Of a DNA stretch of 58,219 nucleotides, positions 17,477 through 28,771 are shown in pieces. Source of the DNA: Eubacteriales bacterium. Its GTDB lineage: Bacteria > Bacillota > Clostridia > Oscillospirales > CAG-272. The notes beneath the pieces were generated by a model. The model was not told the DNA's origin, ran no database searches, and worked only from the letters and a program-made list of their open reading frames with translations. The stretch spans positions 1 through 58,219 of the forward strand of contig JAZSGY010000047.1 in assembly GCA_045532985.1 (NCBI GenBank). The letters are read 5' to 3'. Both the position numbers and the translations under genes were made by a program. The stretch's first letter is position 1; the number at the start of each line of letters is the position of its first letter.

Positions 17477-20400
17477 CCAGGTCCAACTCCTTTTTCTTGC
17501 TTTCAATTTCATCAACGGCAAGGCCGATGACCTTCGAGATACCGCGGTCAGGCATCGTTACACCGTACAAACGGTTCGCAACCTCCATCGTACCGCGTCT
17601 GTGCGTGATCAGCACGAACTGCGTCTCCTCGCACAATCTTTGGATGTACTCGCCAAAGCGATAAACGTTGACCTCGTCGAGCGCCGCCTCGACCTCGTCC
17701 AGAATACAGAACGGCGTCGGATTGACCTTCAGGATTGCAAAGATCAAAGCGATCGCAACGAAGGAGCGCTCACCGCCCGAAAGCAAGGACAGGTTCTTAA
17801 TGATCTTGCCGGGAGGCGCCGCCTTGATCTCGATACCGCTGGTCAGGACCTCCTCGGGATCGGTCAGCGAAAGCTCGGCAGTACCGCCGCCAAACAGCTC
17901 GGAGAAAACAACACCAAAGTTCTTGTTGATCTCCACGAATGTTGCGATAAAGCTTTCGCGCATCTCGACCTCAAGCTCTCCGATGACGCGCAACAGCTCA
18001 TCGCGTGACTTCGTCATATCGGAATACTGTGTGTTGAGCGTCTGGTAGCGCTCGTTCACCTCTTTGAATTCCTCGATCGCTGCAACGCGGACGTTCGGTC
18101 CGAGTGCGCTGATCTTACGCTTGCAGGAAAGCTGGATCGCCGCCACCTCAGCACGGTTATCTGCAGTTACAGCAGGATAATTCAGCTTTACAGCATCCTC
18201 ATAATAGATATCGTACTCCTCCGTCAGCTTTGCGTCCATACGGTCGCGGTCTGCTTCCATCCTCTGGAGCTTTGACTCGGAGGTCGTATACGCCTTGAAG
18301 GAGTTTTCCTTATGCGACTCCTTCTCACTGATGCTCTGACGCACGCTCGCGATCCTGCGGGAAAGCTCGTCGTTTCCGTTCTCAATATCGCCGCGCTCCT
18401 TCGTAAGTCTATCAAAATCCTCACGGAACGTGCGCAGATTTTCACGGTTCGCCTCCAGGATCGAATCAAGGCTCTTGATTTTTTCCTCATGCTCCTCTAT
18501 ACGATGGACCTGATTATCCTTGTCCTCACGAAGAGCACCTATGCGCGTCTGCACACCAACGATCAGCTGCTCTGTTGCCTCAATATCCTTGCGGACCTCG
18601 GTAACGCGCAAGAGCTTTTCGTTATTCTGATCCTTCAGCGCCTCGACCTCATCCAGAATACCGTTACGCTTGATCTCATCCGCTTCACGGGCATGATTGA
18701 TATCGGAAAGCTTGCTCTCAAGATCCGAAAGCTCTGCCGTAAGGACCAGAAGCTCCTCGCCGCTACGCATTTTTTCATCCTCAAGCGCCTCAAGATCCAA
18801 GCGGAGCTTTTGCGTCAGCTCTCGGTTTGCCTCGAGCTTTGCATTCGCGCTATCGATCGCCGAAAACTGTGCGCGCGACATTGTCAAAAGCAGCTCCTTC
18901 TGCTGCTCGGCATCCTTGATGCCTTCCTGTGCATGCAGAATATCGCTCTTGATTTTCTCAACTTTTTCCTCGGCAGAAGAAATTTGCTTGGATTTTTCCT
19001 TTGCCGTCGCCTCAATCTTATCGATCTCAGCGCTCCTTGTCAAAATACCGCTGTCACGCTTGGTCGAACCACCCGTATACGAGCCGCCCGCATTGATGAT
19101 CTGACCGTCAAGCGTCACGATGCGCACCTTGTATCGCAATGCCTTTGCCGCTTCGGACGCGTGATCAAGATTGTCGAATACGACCGTGCGGATCAAAAGC
19201 CATTCGATGATCTCACGGTATTTCTCATCCACACCGACAAGCGTATCACCGCGACCGACGTAGCCTGAAAAAGCCGTCGCACGACGAATCTCATCGGTCT
19301 CACCGCCCGAACGGATCGCGCTGATCGGGTAAAAGGTCGCGCGTCCCGCCCTCGCTTCCTTCAAAGCGGCAATTGCCGCCTTTGCAGTCGCCTCATCGTC
19401 CACAACGATGTTCTGTATGCTCACGCCAAGCGCAGTTTCGATCGCCGTGATATGTTCGGGCTTCACCGTAATCAGCTGAGAGATCGGACCGTGGATAACA
19501 CCGCCGCGGATCCGCCCTGCGGTGTACTCCCGCATCACGTAACGCGTACTTTCATTATAGCCTTCAAAATGCTCCTCCATACGGCGGAGCGTATCGGCAC
19601 GCTGTATCAGGGTGTTATGCTCAACCTTTAAAGCACCAAGTGAATCGGTTGCTGCCTGCAGATCAAGTTCTGCCTTCTCTTTTTCCTGGGTTTTTGTAAG
19701 AATGACGGCTTCCGCATCGGAGATCTTAGCCTTGAAGGCAGAGGCGCTTCCTTCGCATCTTGCGGCCTCCTTTGCAAGCTCCTCGCCCTCCTTCTCGTAC
19801 TTCTCGATCTCGGAAAGCAGATCCGTGCCGCGTCCGCTCTCGGAGGACTGCGAGTTTTTGATCACGTCGATCCTGACACGCAGATCGATCGCGCGGCGAT
19901 TCAGCTCGTTGTACTGCTCCAGCGTTTTGTCAAGCGTGCGCAGGATCTGCGCCGCTTCCTCCATCTTTTGCTGCTGAGCTGCCAGAACGGCAAGACGCTC
20001 GTCGTCAAGATGCTCAAGCTCCTTTTTCAATTCAAGGATCTTTGCGTTATGCGCGCTGATCTCCTCATGCATTTTTTCGATTGAAAGATCGATCTCCTTG
20101 GTTCTCGCGACGCACTGCTCGATCAGATCCTTTCGGTGGGAGGATTCGGTGCGGGAAACGGTATATTCGTTTTCGAGCTGATGGATCTTATCGTTGCACT
20201 CGTTGATACGGCTGAGAAGCGTTTCCGATTCCAGCTTGTTCTTATAATTCAGCTCGTAAAGATGCTCCTCCTGCTTTTTCAGCGATTCTACGGCCTCGGC
20301 AACGATATCGTACTCATTTTTGGCAAGACGATAATCCTCTCCCGCCTTTTGAAGATCTTCGCGCAGCTTTTGCGTGTCAAACAGCCAAAGAGAGATATCT

Positions 20401-21080
20401 GCCTGCTTTTTTTCCTCATAAAATTCAAGATATTTGCGTGCCTTCTCGGCCTCAGCTTCCAGGGGACCGACGCGCGATTCCAGCTCACTGACTTGAACGT
20501 AGAGGATCTTCATATTATTTTCAGCCTCTGCGAGCTTACGCTCCGCTTCGGTCTTCTTGTGACGGTATTTCGCAATTCCCGCCGCGTCCTCAAAGATGTT
20601 ACGGCGATCCTCGCTCTTTTGAGAAAGAATCTCGGCTATACGCCCCTGACCGATGATGGAATATCCCTCGCGCCCGACACCCGTGTTCATGAACAGCTCG
20701 TTGATGTCGCGCAAGCGGCAGGGCTTTTTATTGATAGAGTATTCGCTTTCACCGGAACGGTAATAACGTCTGGTGACTGTGATCTCGTCGTAAGGCGAAT
20801 CAATACGGCGCAGCTTGTCCGAGTTGTCAAAGGTAACCGAAACCTCCGCAAATCCCATCGGCTTACGGTCGTCTGTTCCGCCAAAAATGACGTCCTCCAT
20901 CTTGGTTCCGCGGATATTGCGGCTCGAAAGCTCGCCAAGCACCCAGCGCATCGCAACGGAAATATTCGATTATCCGCTTCCGTTCGGTCCGACGATAACG
21001 GTGGCACCGCGCTCGAAATTAAGTACCGTTCGGTTCGGGAAGGATTTAAATCCGTGCAGTTCCAGACTCTTTAAATACAT
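17463..21080 (-). pseudogene. smc: Chromosome segregation protein Smc with an in-frame TAA at codon 37 (true nonsense allele or consensus error)
   Basis: Reading from ATG 21080 gives [14 protein letters not shown]...[22 protein letters not shown]. Hinge (GRATFYP), LSGGE and LDEVEAALD are intact. The frame is the same before and after the stop at 20970-20972. Gene identity is secure; pseudogene status is not. Confidence 0.8.
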
Positions 21081-21085
21081 ACTTT

Positions 21086-22135
21086 TTATCCTTTGCTGAT
21101 ATTTTGAAGCGTTACAAGCTGTACCTCAACGGTATACGGCGGAATCCTTTCGTCCTCGCACACCGTGATCCTTTTCAATCCATAGATCTGTAACAGCTGA
21201 TTTTTATAGCACGCCCGTTGACCGATCACAACCGAGGTACAACCGGGCGGCACCGAAAGAGCAAGCGTCCGCCCCTTCGTTTCGGCGGCAAGAAGCTTGA
21301 TTTTCCGAATGATCTCGTAATGATAATAAGCACCGATCACCAATTCTCCCAGCGCGGGATGATTGGGACCTGCACGGTAGGAATCGGGATCAACAAGCGC
21401 GTCATTCGCGCACAGTCCGATTCGGATAACGGGAGTCCCCGCACGAACGAACAGAGCAAAGACCTCCGAGGCGCGAAGCACCGCATCCCGAAGCGTAAGA
21501 GGAGTATATTCTCCGCGTTCCGTCATCTCCTCAAGTGCGGTATTCCGAAATACGACGGTAGGATAGATCCGCACCGCCGAAACGCGCGAGCTGATCAAAA
21601 GGCGTGCAGTCGCCAGCTCGTCCTCAATCGTCGAGGATGGCAAGCCGATCATCATTTGACCGACGCAATGAATACCGTACTCACGCAAAAGCGAGATCGC
21701 ACGTTCCGTATCGCTCCGTGTATGTCCGCGCTTGGATGCGGTCAAAACACAATCCGAGGCACTCTGAACCCCAAGCTCTACGGCTGAGATCGGAAAGCCT
21801 GCCAGAATATCAAGCACGTCCCTGTCTATATAATCGGGGCGTGTAGAAACCCTGATCCCCCGCACGAGTCCGCGCTTACAATAGGAATCCGCAATTTCCA
21901 ATAAGCGTCGCATCAGATCGCGATCAATTCCCGTGAAAGAACCGCCAAAATAGGCAATTTCCACGTCCGTAACGGATAGATCGACCGTCGATAAGACCGC
22001 ATCAACGGTATCGCTGACCGATCTTAGGTCAAACGCTTCTCTTCCCGAAATCATCCGTTGGTTACAGAACACGCAGGTGTTCGGACAACCGAGATGCGGG
22101 ATAAAGATCGGAATATTGACGTGCTTGCCGCGCAT
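21086..22135 (-). CDS. Radical SAM protein (Elp3/YhcC-like core)
   Basis: [27 protein letters not shown] and RIYPT. Confidence 0.88.
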   Translation of the reverse strand: MRGKHVNIPIFIPHLGCPNTCVFCNQRMISGREAFDLRSVSDTVDAVLSTVDLSVTDVEIAYFGGSFTGIDRDLMRRLLEIADSYCKRGLVRGIRVSTRPDYIDRDVLDILAGFPISAVELGVQSASDCVLTASKRGHTRSDTERAISLLREYGIHCVGQMMIGLPSSTIEDELATARLLISSRVSAVRIYPTVVFRNTALEEMTERGEYTPLTLRDAVLRASEVFALFVRAGTPVIRIGLCANDALVDPDSYRAGPNHPALGELVIGAYYHYEIIRKIKLLAAETKGRTLALSVPPGCTSVVIGQRACYKNQLLQIYGLKRITVCEDERIPPYTVEVQLVTLQNISKG

Positions 22136-22845
22136 CAGTCCTCAACGCCAAAGAGCTTCAGCGCTTCTTTGGCGGCGTTTTGCTCGGCTTCACGCTTGGA
22201 GCGCCCTTTTCCGTGCCCCACAACGTTGCTGTTGATCTTAGCGATCACCTTGAAGGTTTTATCGTGATCGGGACCGCTTTCTCCGACCACCTCGTACGCT
22301 AATTCCTCAACGCCGTCCTTCTGTACCAGCTCCTGCAAGCGGGTCTTATAATCTCCGCCGCGGCTGAGCGTGCAGTTGCGGATCTCCTTTTCCATCAGCT
22401 TCAAGAGAAATTTCCTGGGAAATTCAGTTGACTCTGCGGCATCGTCAAGATAGATCGCAGCAAGAAGCGCCTCAAAGGCATCGGCAAGAACCGCAGGGCG
22501 CATACGTCCTGACTCCTCGCCGTTTCCAAGACAAAGATAATCTCCAAGCGAGATCGAGCGCGCGACCCGCGCAAGCGTCGCCTCGCACACCAGATGCTGG
22601 CGGAAGCGCGTCAGCTCCCCCTCCTTGCAATCGGGATAGGTAGAAAACAAAAACTCGCTGATATAGATCTGCAAAACGGCATCACCTAAAAACTCCAGAC
22701 GTTCATTCGACGGAGTATTGATCTTACGCGCTTTGTTTTCGTTTGTTAACGAGGAATGTGTCAGTGCGGTCTGCAAAAGCATGGGATTCTTGAATTGATA
22801 ACCGATCGATCCTTGCAGTCCCGCTATATCTTTTCCCTGTGCCAT
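22135..22845 (-). CDS. rnc: Ribonuclease III
   Basis: ALTHSS, NERLEFLGDA, ADAFEA and dsRBD DYKTRLQE...GPDH. Confidence 0.97.
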   Translation of the reverse strand: MAQGKDIAGLQGSIGYQFKNPMLLQTALTHSSLTNENKARKINTPSNERLEFLGDAVLQIYISEFLFSTYPDCKEGELTRFRQHLVCEATLARVARSISLGDYLCLGNGEESGRMRPAVLADAFEALLAAIYLDDAAESTEFPRKFLLKLMEKEIRNCTLSRGGDYKTRLQELVQKDGVEELAYEVVGESGPDHDKTFKVIAKINSNVVGHGKGRSKREAEQNAAKEALKLFGVED

Positions 22846-23892
22846 TTAATTCTCCTGTGGTTGCATTTCTTGCGCTGCGGCTTTTTCTGCCTTGCTTTTT
22901 GCCTCGAAATCCAAAGAAAATTTGGCAATTTCCTGATTGATTCCCGTGTTTACAAATGAAATCGCCTGTTGAACGGCGCTCTTGATCGCCTTTGCATCCG
23001 AGCTACCGTGTGCCTTGATAACGGGCTTCGCAATACCTAGCAGCGGCGCACCGCCATGCTCGGAAGCATCAAACTGTTTCTTCAGCTCCTTGATCTTGTT
23101 CATCATTGCAAGACCGGAAACCTTTGTGACGATATTGCTCGTAAAGAGTGATTTGAGGGTCGAGGACATGAATTTTGCCATTCCCTCGGTCAGCTTCAGG
23201 GTAATGTTTCCCGTGAAACCGTCCGTGATCAGAACGTCGCACGCACCGAACGGGATCTCACGCGACTCAACGTTTCCAATGAAATTCAGATCCTCACGTC
23301 CCGTAAGACGTTCATATGTATCGACCTGAAGCGGAAGCCCCTTGTTGTACTCAGTACCGTTGTTCAGCTGTCCGACGCGAGGTGCTTCGATCTCGTAGAT
23401 CTTCGACATATAAATAGAGCCCATATACGCAAACTGCTCCATATTCTCCGGTGTAACCACCAGATTCGCACCGGAATCCATCAACAGGATCGGCGACGGG
23501 AACGGGAGCACCGTAGCGATCGCTGCACGCTGAACGCCCTTGATGCGGCGCACGATGAGGGTCGCACCCGCAAGCAGAGCGCCCGTATTGCCTGCACTGA
23601 CGAAGGCATCGCCCTCGCCGTCCGCAAGCATTCGAAGTCCGACGCTCATAGAAGAATCCTTCTTGTCACGCACGACGCAAAGCGGCTTATCTTCCATCAA
23701 AATGACGGAGTCCGCGTGAACGACCGTCAGCTTTTCCAAGGAGATCTCTTCCTTTTCGGCGATCTCACGAATGACCTCCTGATCGCCGACGATCGTAATA
23801 TCAACCGACAACTCTTCCGCCGCATTTGCCGCGCCACGGATCAACTCAAGAGGAGCGTTGTCGCCGCTCATTACGTCAATAATAACTCTCAT
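22846..23892 (-). CDS. plsX: Phosphate acyltransferase PlsX
   Basis: DVMSGDNAP, SAGNTGA, DSGAN, DGFTGN and KAHGSS. Confidence 0.96.
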   Translation of the reverse strand: MRVIIDVMSGDNAPLELIRGAANAAEELSVDITIVGDQEVIREIAEKEEISLEKLTVVHADSVILMEDKPLCVVRDKKDSSMSVGLRMLADGEGDAFVSAGNTGALLAGATLIVRRIKGVQRAAIATVLPFPSPILLMDSGANLVVTPENMEQFAYMGSIYMSKIYEIEAPRVGQLNNGTEYNKGLPLQVDTYERLTGREDLNFIGNVESREIPFGACDVLITDGFTGNITLKLTEGMAKFMSSTLKSLFTSNIVTKVSGLAMMNKIKELKKQFDASEHGGAPLLGIAKPVIKAHGSSDAKAIKSAVQQAISFVNTGINQEIAKFSLDFEAKSKAEKAAAQEMQPQEN

Positions 23893-25244
23893 CCTTGTAC
23901 TCCCTTCTTTAATTCGTTTAAAAACCCTGACAACACGCTCTCACTGCGAACGGCAAACGCCTCGTTGCGTGCTTTTTTTCCGCCCTTTACTTTTGTATCA
24001 AGCTGTGGCAGGATACCGAAATTCGCATTCATAGGTTGAAAAGAACCGTGCGTCGGCCCCTCGCTTACGTAATGTGCCATCGCACCGATCACCGTCTCAC
24101 GCGGGAACAAAAGCGTATCCAAACCAAGCGCACGGCGTGCTGCGGAAATACCGGCAACAAAGCCCGATGCCGCAGATTCAACGTATCCTTCAACTCCCGT
24201 CATCTGTCCTGCAAAATATAGATTCGGACGTTCCTTCAAAGAATAATCGGGTGAAAGCAATCCCGGTGAATTGATATAGGTATTGCGATGCATAACACCG
24301 TAGCGAAAGAATTCCGCGTTTTCAAGTCCGGGGATCATACGAAAAACACGACGTTGCTCAGGAAAGGTCAGATGCGTTTGAAAGCCGACGATATTATACA
24401 TCGTTCCATCGCGGTTCTCGCGGCGAAGCTGGACTGTGGCATAGGCGTCCTCACCGGTCTTTGGCAATGGAAGTCCAACGGGCTTCATCGGTCCAAAGCG
24501 GAGCGTATCTCTCCCCCGTCTCGCCATTACCTCAATCGGCATACATCCTTCAAAAACCGTCAGCTCCTTCTGCGACGCCGAATCAAACGCCTTGAGCGGC
24601 GCCTCCTCAGCCAATATCAATGCCTCGTAAAAGGCATCGTATTGCTCGCGTGTCATCGGACAGTTCAGATAATCGTCGCCGTTACCCTTGCCGTAGCGCG
24701 AGGCAAAAAAAGCAACATCGGTATTGACCGTAGCAAAATCAACGATCGGAGCGGCTGCATCGAAAAAGTGCAGCTCTCGACCGCCAAGCATTAACGATAT
24801 TTCACTTGCCAATCCGTCAGCCGTCAAAGGTCCCGTTGCAATTACGTTGATACCGTCGCTCGGGATCGACACGACCTCCTCCTCAATCACCGTGATCAGC
24901 GGATGAGAGCGGATCTTATCGGTAATATATCCTGAAAACCGCTCACGGTCGACCGCGAGCGCACAACCGGCAGGTACCTCGGTTTGATAGGCAGCCTCCA
25001 TAAAAAGGGAGTTGAGCATACTCAGCTCCTTTTTCAAAACTCCGACCGCATTGGAAAGCTGAGCGGATCGGAAGGAGTTCGAACACACAAGCTCCGCAAA
25101 TCCGGGGGTATGGTGTGCAGGGGTATACTTTTTCGGCTTCATCTCGTAAAGCTCGACCGACACCCCCATATTAGCCGCTTGGATCGCGGCTTCGGCGCCG
25201 GCAAGACCGGCACCGATCACTCGGATCTTAGGATTCAATTTCAT
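23889..25244 (-). CDS. trmFO: Folate/FAD-dependent tRNA m5U54 methyltransferase
   Basis: IGAGLAGAEAA, ELVCSNSF, FEGCMPIE, RYGVMHRN and GVEGY. Confidence 0.97.
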   Translation of the reverse strand: MKLNPKIRVIGAGLAGAEAAIQAANMGVSVELYEMKPKKYTPAHHTPGFAELVCSNSFRSAQLSNAVGVLKKELSMLNSLFMEAAYQTEVPAGCALAVDRERFSGYITDKIRSHPLITVIEEEVVSIPSDGINVIATGPLTADGLASEISLMLGGRELHFFDAAAPIVDFATVNTDVAFFASRYGKGNGDDYLNCPMTREQYDAFYEALILAEEAPLKAFDSASQKELTVFEGCMPIEVMARRGRDTLRFGPMKPVGLPLPKTGEDAYATVQLRRENRDGTMYNIVGFQTHLTFPEQRRVFRMIPGLENAEFFRYGVMHRNTYINSPGLLSPDYSLKERPNLYFAGQMTGVEGYVESAASGFVAGISAARRALGLDTLLFPRETVIGAMAHYVSEGPTHGSFQPMNANFGILPQLDTKVKGGKKARNEAFAVRSESVLSGFLNELKKGVQG

Positions 25245-27525
25245 TCTCTCCGCTATTTTCTAAAACGACGTTTTCCTTCTTGTATCCGCATTGCTTATCC
25301 TTACAGATCAAGGCTTTCCCGCTCTTTCTGTAAAAGAGCATCTTTCCGCAATCAGGGCACTTCTCGTTGGTCGGAAGGTCCCAAGAGGAGAATTTGCATT
25401 CGGGATATTTTTCACAGCTGTAAAAGGTGATCCGTTTTCGCCCGTGCTTCGGTATGATCCGCGCACCGCAATCAGGACAAGACACCCCGATCTCGGAAAC
25501 CTTCTGACGGGTAAAGCGACAGGTCGGATAATTCGAGCATGCATAAAACGCACCGTAGCGTCCGTTTCTGATCAGAACGTCACCGCCGCAGATCTCGCAT
25601 TTAAAATCGGCGACCTCGGGCTTCTTTTCCTCACGGACGATCACCTTACCGTCCTTATCGATCGCCTTCGTATTCTTGCATTCGGGATAATTCGGGCACG
25701 CAAGGAAGCGTCCGAAACGGCTGTTTTTATAGACCATACGGCTACCGCATTTTTCGCACTCAATGTCACTGACCTCGTCGGGAATGACAACGTCCTGACG
25801 CGAAACGGAAAGGTTCGCCTTTTCAAGCTCCTTTGCAAAATCGGTATAAAATTCACCAAGCACGCCCTCGATCGTAGCATCGCCCTGCTCGATCGAGTCG
25901 AGCTTATTCTCAAGCGTTGCCGTGAATTCATAGTCAACGATTTCAGGGAAATTCTCAGACATCAGCTTCGTGGTGACCTCACCGAGCTGCGTGGAAACCA
26001 AGGTCTTGCCTTCGCGCTTCACGTATCCGCGTGAAATGATCGTTGAAATGATCGTATTGTACGTGCTGGGACGTCCGATCCCATTTTCCTCGAGAAACTT
26101 GATCAAGGATGCATCGGAATAGCGTGCCGGCGGCTCCGTATAATGCTGAAGCGGAGAAATATGATCGGCATGACAGGACATACCTTCCGTCATCGGCGGA
26201 AGCGACGCCGTCAATTCCTCGCCCTCGTCGCCCTTGTTATCCGTATCGGCACTTTCGTAGACCGCCATATAACCGCGGCTCTTCACGGTATATCCCGTCG
26301 TCTTGAAGATATATCCGTTATTTTCAAAATCAATGGAGACGGTATTGAATTCCGCAACCGCCATCTGGCTGGCAACGAAGCGCTCCCAGATCAGCTTATA
26401 AAGCCTGTACTGATCACTCGTCAGACTCTTGCGGATGTTTTTCGGAAGGATATCAACACTCGACGGACGAATTGCCTCGTGTGCATCCTGCGCGTTCGCC
26501 TTCGACTTGAAGACGCGCGGCTTTGCGGGCAGATAATCCTCTCCGTACTGTGTGCGGATCAGATCAAGCGCCGCATTTTGCGCCAACGTGGACACACGGA
26601 GTGAGTCTGTACGCATATAAGTGATCAGACCTTGCGCGCCTCCGTATTCACTTCCGAGATTGATACCCTCGTAAAGCTCCTGCGCTACCTTCATCGTGCG
26701 CTGTGCCTGGAAACCGAGCTTACGGAAGGCCTCTTGCTGAAGGGTCGACGTGGTAAAGGGTGGACTGGGCTGTCTTTGACGGACAGCGCGCCGTATACCC
26801 GTGACCGCGAAGGGTCTTCCCGAAACGGCATCAACGATTTTTTTGGCAGCCGCCTCGTTCGTCACCTTCATCTTAGCCTTGGCAGTACCGTAGAACTTAG
26901 CGGTCACGATCGTGCCGTCTACAGAAAGATCGACGTCAAGCGTCCAGTATTCCTGCGGGACGAACGCGCGAATTTCAGCCTCTCGTTCAACGATAATGCG
27001 TGTTGCAACCGATTGAACGCGTCCTGCGGAAAGACCGCTTTTGACCGTCTTCCAAAGGAACGGACTCAGCTTGTAGCCAACGATACGGTCAAGAATTCTG
27101 CGCGCCTGCTGAGAATTTACGAGATTCTCGTCAATACCGCGCGGAGACTTGATCGCTTCCTTGATCGCAGGCTTCGTGATCTCGTTGAAGGAAACGCGGC
27201 AGGATCTATCAAGAGGGATTCCAAGCTGCTCAGCAAGGTGCCAGGCGATCGCCTCTCCCTCACGGTCAGGGTCCGTCGCAAGGAAGACCTTATCCGCCTC
27301 CTTTGCAACCTTTTTCAGCGCCTTGATCGTGTCTCCCTTTCCACGAATATTAATGTAATGCGGTGCAAAGCCGTTTTCAATATCAACGCCAAGCGTGCTC
27401 TTGGGAAGATCTCTTACGTGACCGGCAGAAGCCATAACCGTATAATTGGATCCAAGACTCGAGCGGATCGTTTCGATCTTACCGGGAGACTCTATAATAA
27501 CCAGATTTTTGGACTTTTTAGCCAT
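25228..27525 (-). CDS. topA: DNA topoisomerase I
   Basis: IIESP, ATDPDREGE, SAGRVQS, LITYMRTDS and GIGRPSTY; multiple C-terminal zinc ribbons. Confidence 0.98.
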   Translation of the reverse strand: MAKKSKNLVIIESPGKIETIRSSLGSNYTVMASAGHVRDLPKSTLGVDIENGFAPHYINIRGKGDTIKALKKVAKEADKVFLATDPDREGEAIAWHLAEQLGIPLDRSCRVSFNEITKPAIKEAIKSPRGIDENLVNSQQARRILDRIVGYKLSPFLWKTVKSGLSAGRVQSVATRIIVEREAEIRAFVPQEYWTLDVDLSVDGTIVTAKFYGTAKAKMKVTNEAAAKKIVDAVSGRPFAVTGIRRAVRQRQPSPPFTTSTLQQEAFRKLGFQAQRTMKVAQELYEGINLGSEYGGAQGLITYMRTDSLRVSTLAQNAALDLIRTQYGEDYLPAKPRVFKSKANAQDAHEAIRPSSVDILPKNIRKSLTSDQYRLYKLIWERFVASQMAVAEFNTVSIDFENNGYIFKTTGYTVKSRGYMAVYESADTDNKGDEGEELTASLPPMTEGMSCHADHISPLQHYTEPPARYSDASLIKFLEENGIGRPSTYNTIISTIISRGYVKREGKTLVSTQLGEVTTKLMSENFPEIVDYEFTATLENKLDSIEQGDATIEGVLGEFYTDFAKELEKANLSVSRQDVVIPDEVSDIECEKCGSRMVYKNSRFGRFLACPNYPECKNTKAIDKDGKVIVREEKKPEVADFKCEICGGDVLIRNGRYGAFYACSNYPTCRFTRQKVSEIGVSCPDCGARIIPKHGRKRITFYSCEKYPECKFSSWDLPTNEKCPDCGKMLFYRKSGKALICKDKQCGYKKENVVLENSGENEIES

Positions 27526-27559
27526 TGTTGTTCGAAGGTCCTTTCTGTAAATTTACGTT

Positions 27560-28771
27560 TTAATAATTGCGGCGGAATTTTCCACCGGGCAGAGGTGTCA
27601 CCAGATTTCCAAGCATCAGCATAGTAAGACCGGAATTGAGTCGATCGGGATCGATCCCCTTGATATCCTCGGGAGAAAAATCCCCCTCGGGAAGACTGCA
27701 GACCAGATCCTCATATCCCGGAATCACGCGGCGGGTCGGTTCATCGCTTTCCAGCTTTGGAATCCTCTTTTCCTTGCGTTTCGGGAACAGCTCTGCGTAA
27801 CTGATCCTGTACTTGGAAATGCCGAGCTGACGCAAATTTGCGTTCATCTTTTTCATATCAACGCGTTCGCTTTCGAAAAAGTGAAACTCCTTTTCGCCCG
27901 ATACACGCATAAGATGAAAAACATCCGTAGCAGATCCAACCGCCGTAGCACCCGCATGAAAAAGCAGAAGCGACGCGCCGCTGTTCGTGCAATCAACACG
28001 CCCGGGAACAGCAAAGAGCGGCTTGTTTTGCTCAAGGGCATATTCCGCCGTGATCAGCGCACCGCTTCGCTCGGACCCCTCTACCACAAGAACGGCATCC
28101 GACAACGCACTGATAATTCGGTTTCTTCGCGGAAAATTCTTGCCCTCGGGAGGTGTGCCGGGAGGATATTCTGAAATGATCCACCCCGTCTTTTTGATCT
28201 GATCGTAAAGTCGCGCGTGCTCATGCGGATAGATCACGTCGATCCCCGAGCCCAAAACGGCAACAGTTGGCATCCGTGCGGTGATCCCCGCCGCCAAGGC
28301 AACGCTATCAACGCCAAGTGCCATACCGCTGACGATCGCAACACCGCCAAGCGCAAGATCACCGGCAATACGGTAGGCTGCCTCCTTGCCGTAATCCGTC
28401 ATTTTGCGCGTCCCGACCACAGAAAGCATCGGAAGCTTTTCAAAATTCGGTACAGTACCGTACCAATACAGCACGGCGGGCGGCGTCTTGATTTCCCGCA
28501 GCTTTTGGGGATAGGCGTTGTCGTCATAACAAAGGATCCCGATCTCGTGCTTTTCACAATATGCGACCACCCGCTCTGCGTATGTCAGATCTTTATCGCA
28601 AAGTGCCTCGATCTCCTTGCATTTTTCGGTAAGAATCGCTTGATATTCCTCACGTGTGGCGGAATAAATGCGCTTGGGATCAGAATGTACCTGCAAAAGC
28701 TTAGAAAGGGTGCAATCTCCGGGAATCAAGCGCAGGTTAAGCCATACCCAGTAGATCAGCTTATCGTTCAT
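27560..28771 (-). CDS. dprA: DNA-processing protein DprA
   Basis: VVGTRK, VSGMALGVD, VLGSGID.IYP, FPRRNRIIS and SGALITA; start moved to ATG 28771. Confidence 0.94.
   Translation of the reverse strand: MNDKLIYWVWLNLRLIPGDCTLSKLLQVHSDPKRIYSATREEYQAILTEKCKEIEALCDKDLTYAERVVAYCEKHEIGILCYDDNAYPQKLREIKTPPAVLYWYGTVPNFEKLPMLSVVGTRKMTDYGKEAAYRIAGDLALGGVAIVSGMALGVDSVALAAGITARMPTVAVLGSGIDVIYPHEHARLYDQIKKTGWIISEYPPGTPPEGKNFPRRNRIISALSDAVLVVEGSERSGALITAEYALEQNKPLFAVPGRVDCTNSGASLLLFHAGATAVGSATDVFHLMRVSGEKEFHFFESERVDMKKMNANLRQLGISKYRISYAELFPKRKEKRIPKLESDEPTRRVIPGYEDLVCSLPEGDFSPEDIKGIDPDRLNSGLTMLMLGNLVTPLPGGKFRRNY

Noticed and set aside
20970-20972. Stop-codon recoding or programmed frameshift in smc
   Set aside because: The frame is unchanged across the site, the codon is TAA (not TGA/TAG), and TAA terminates many other genes in the window
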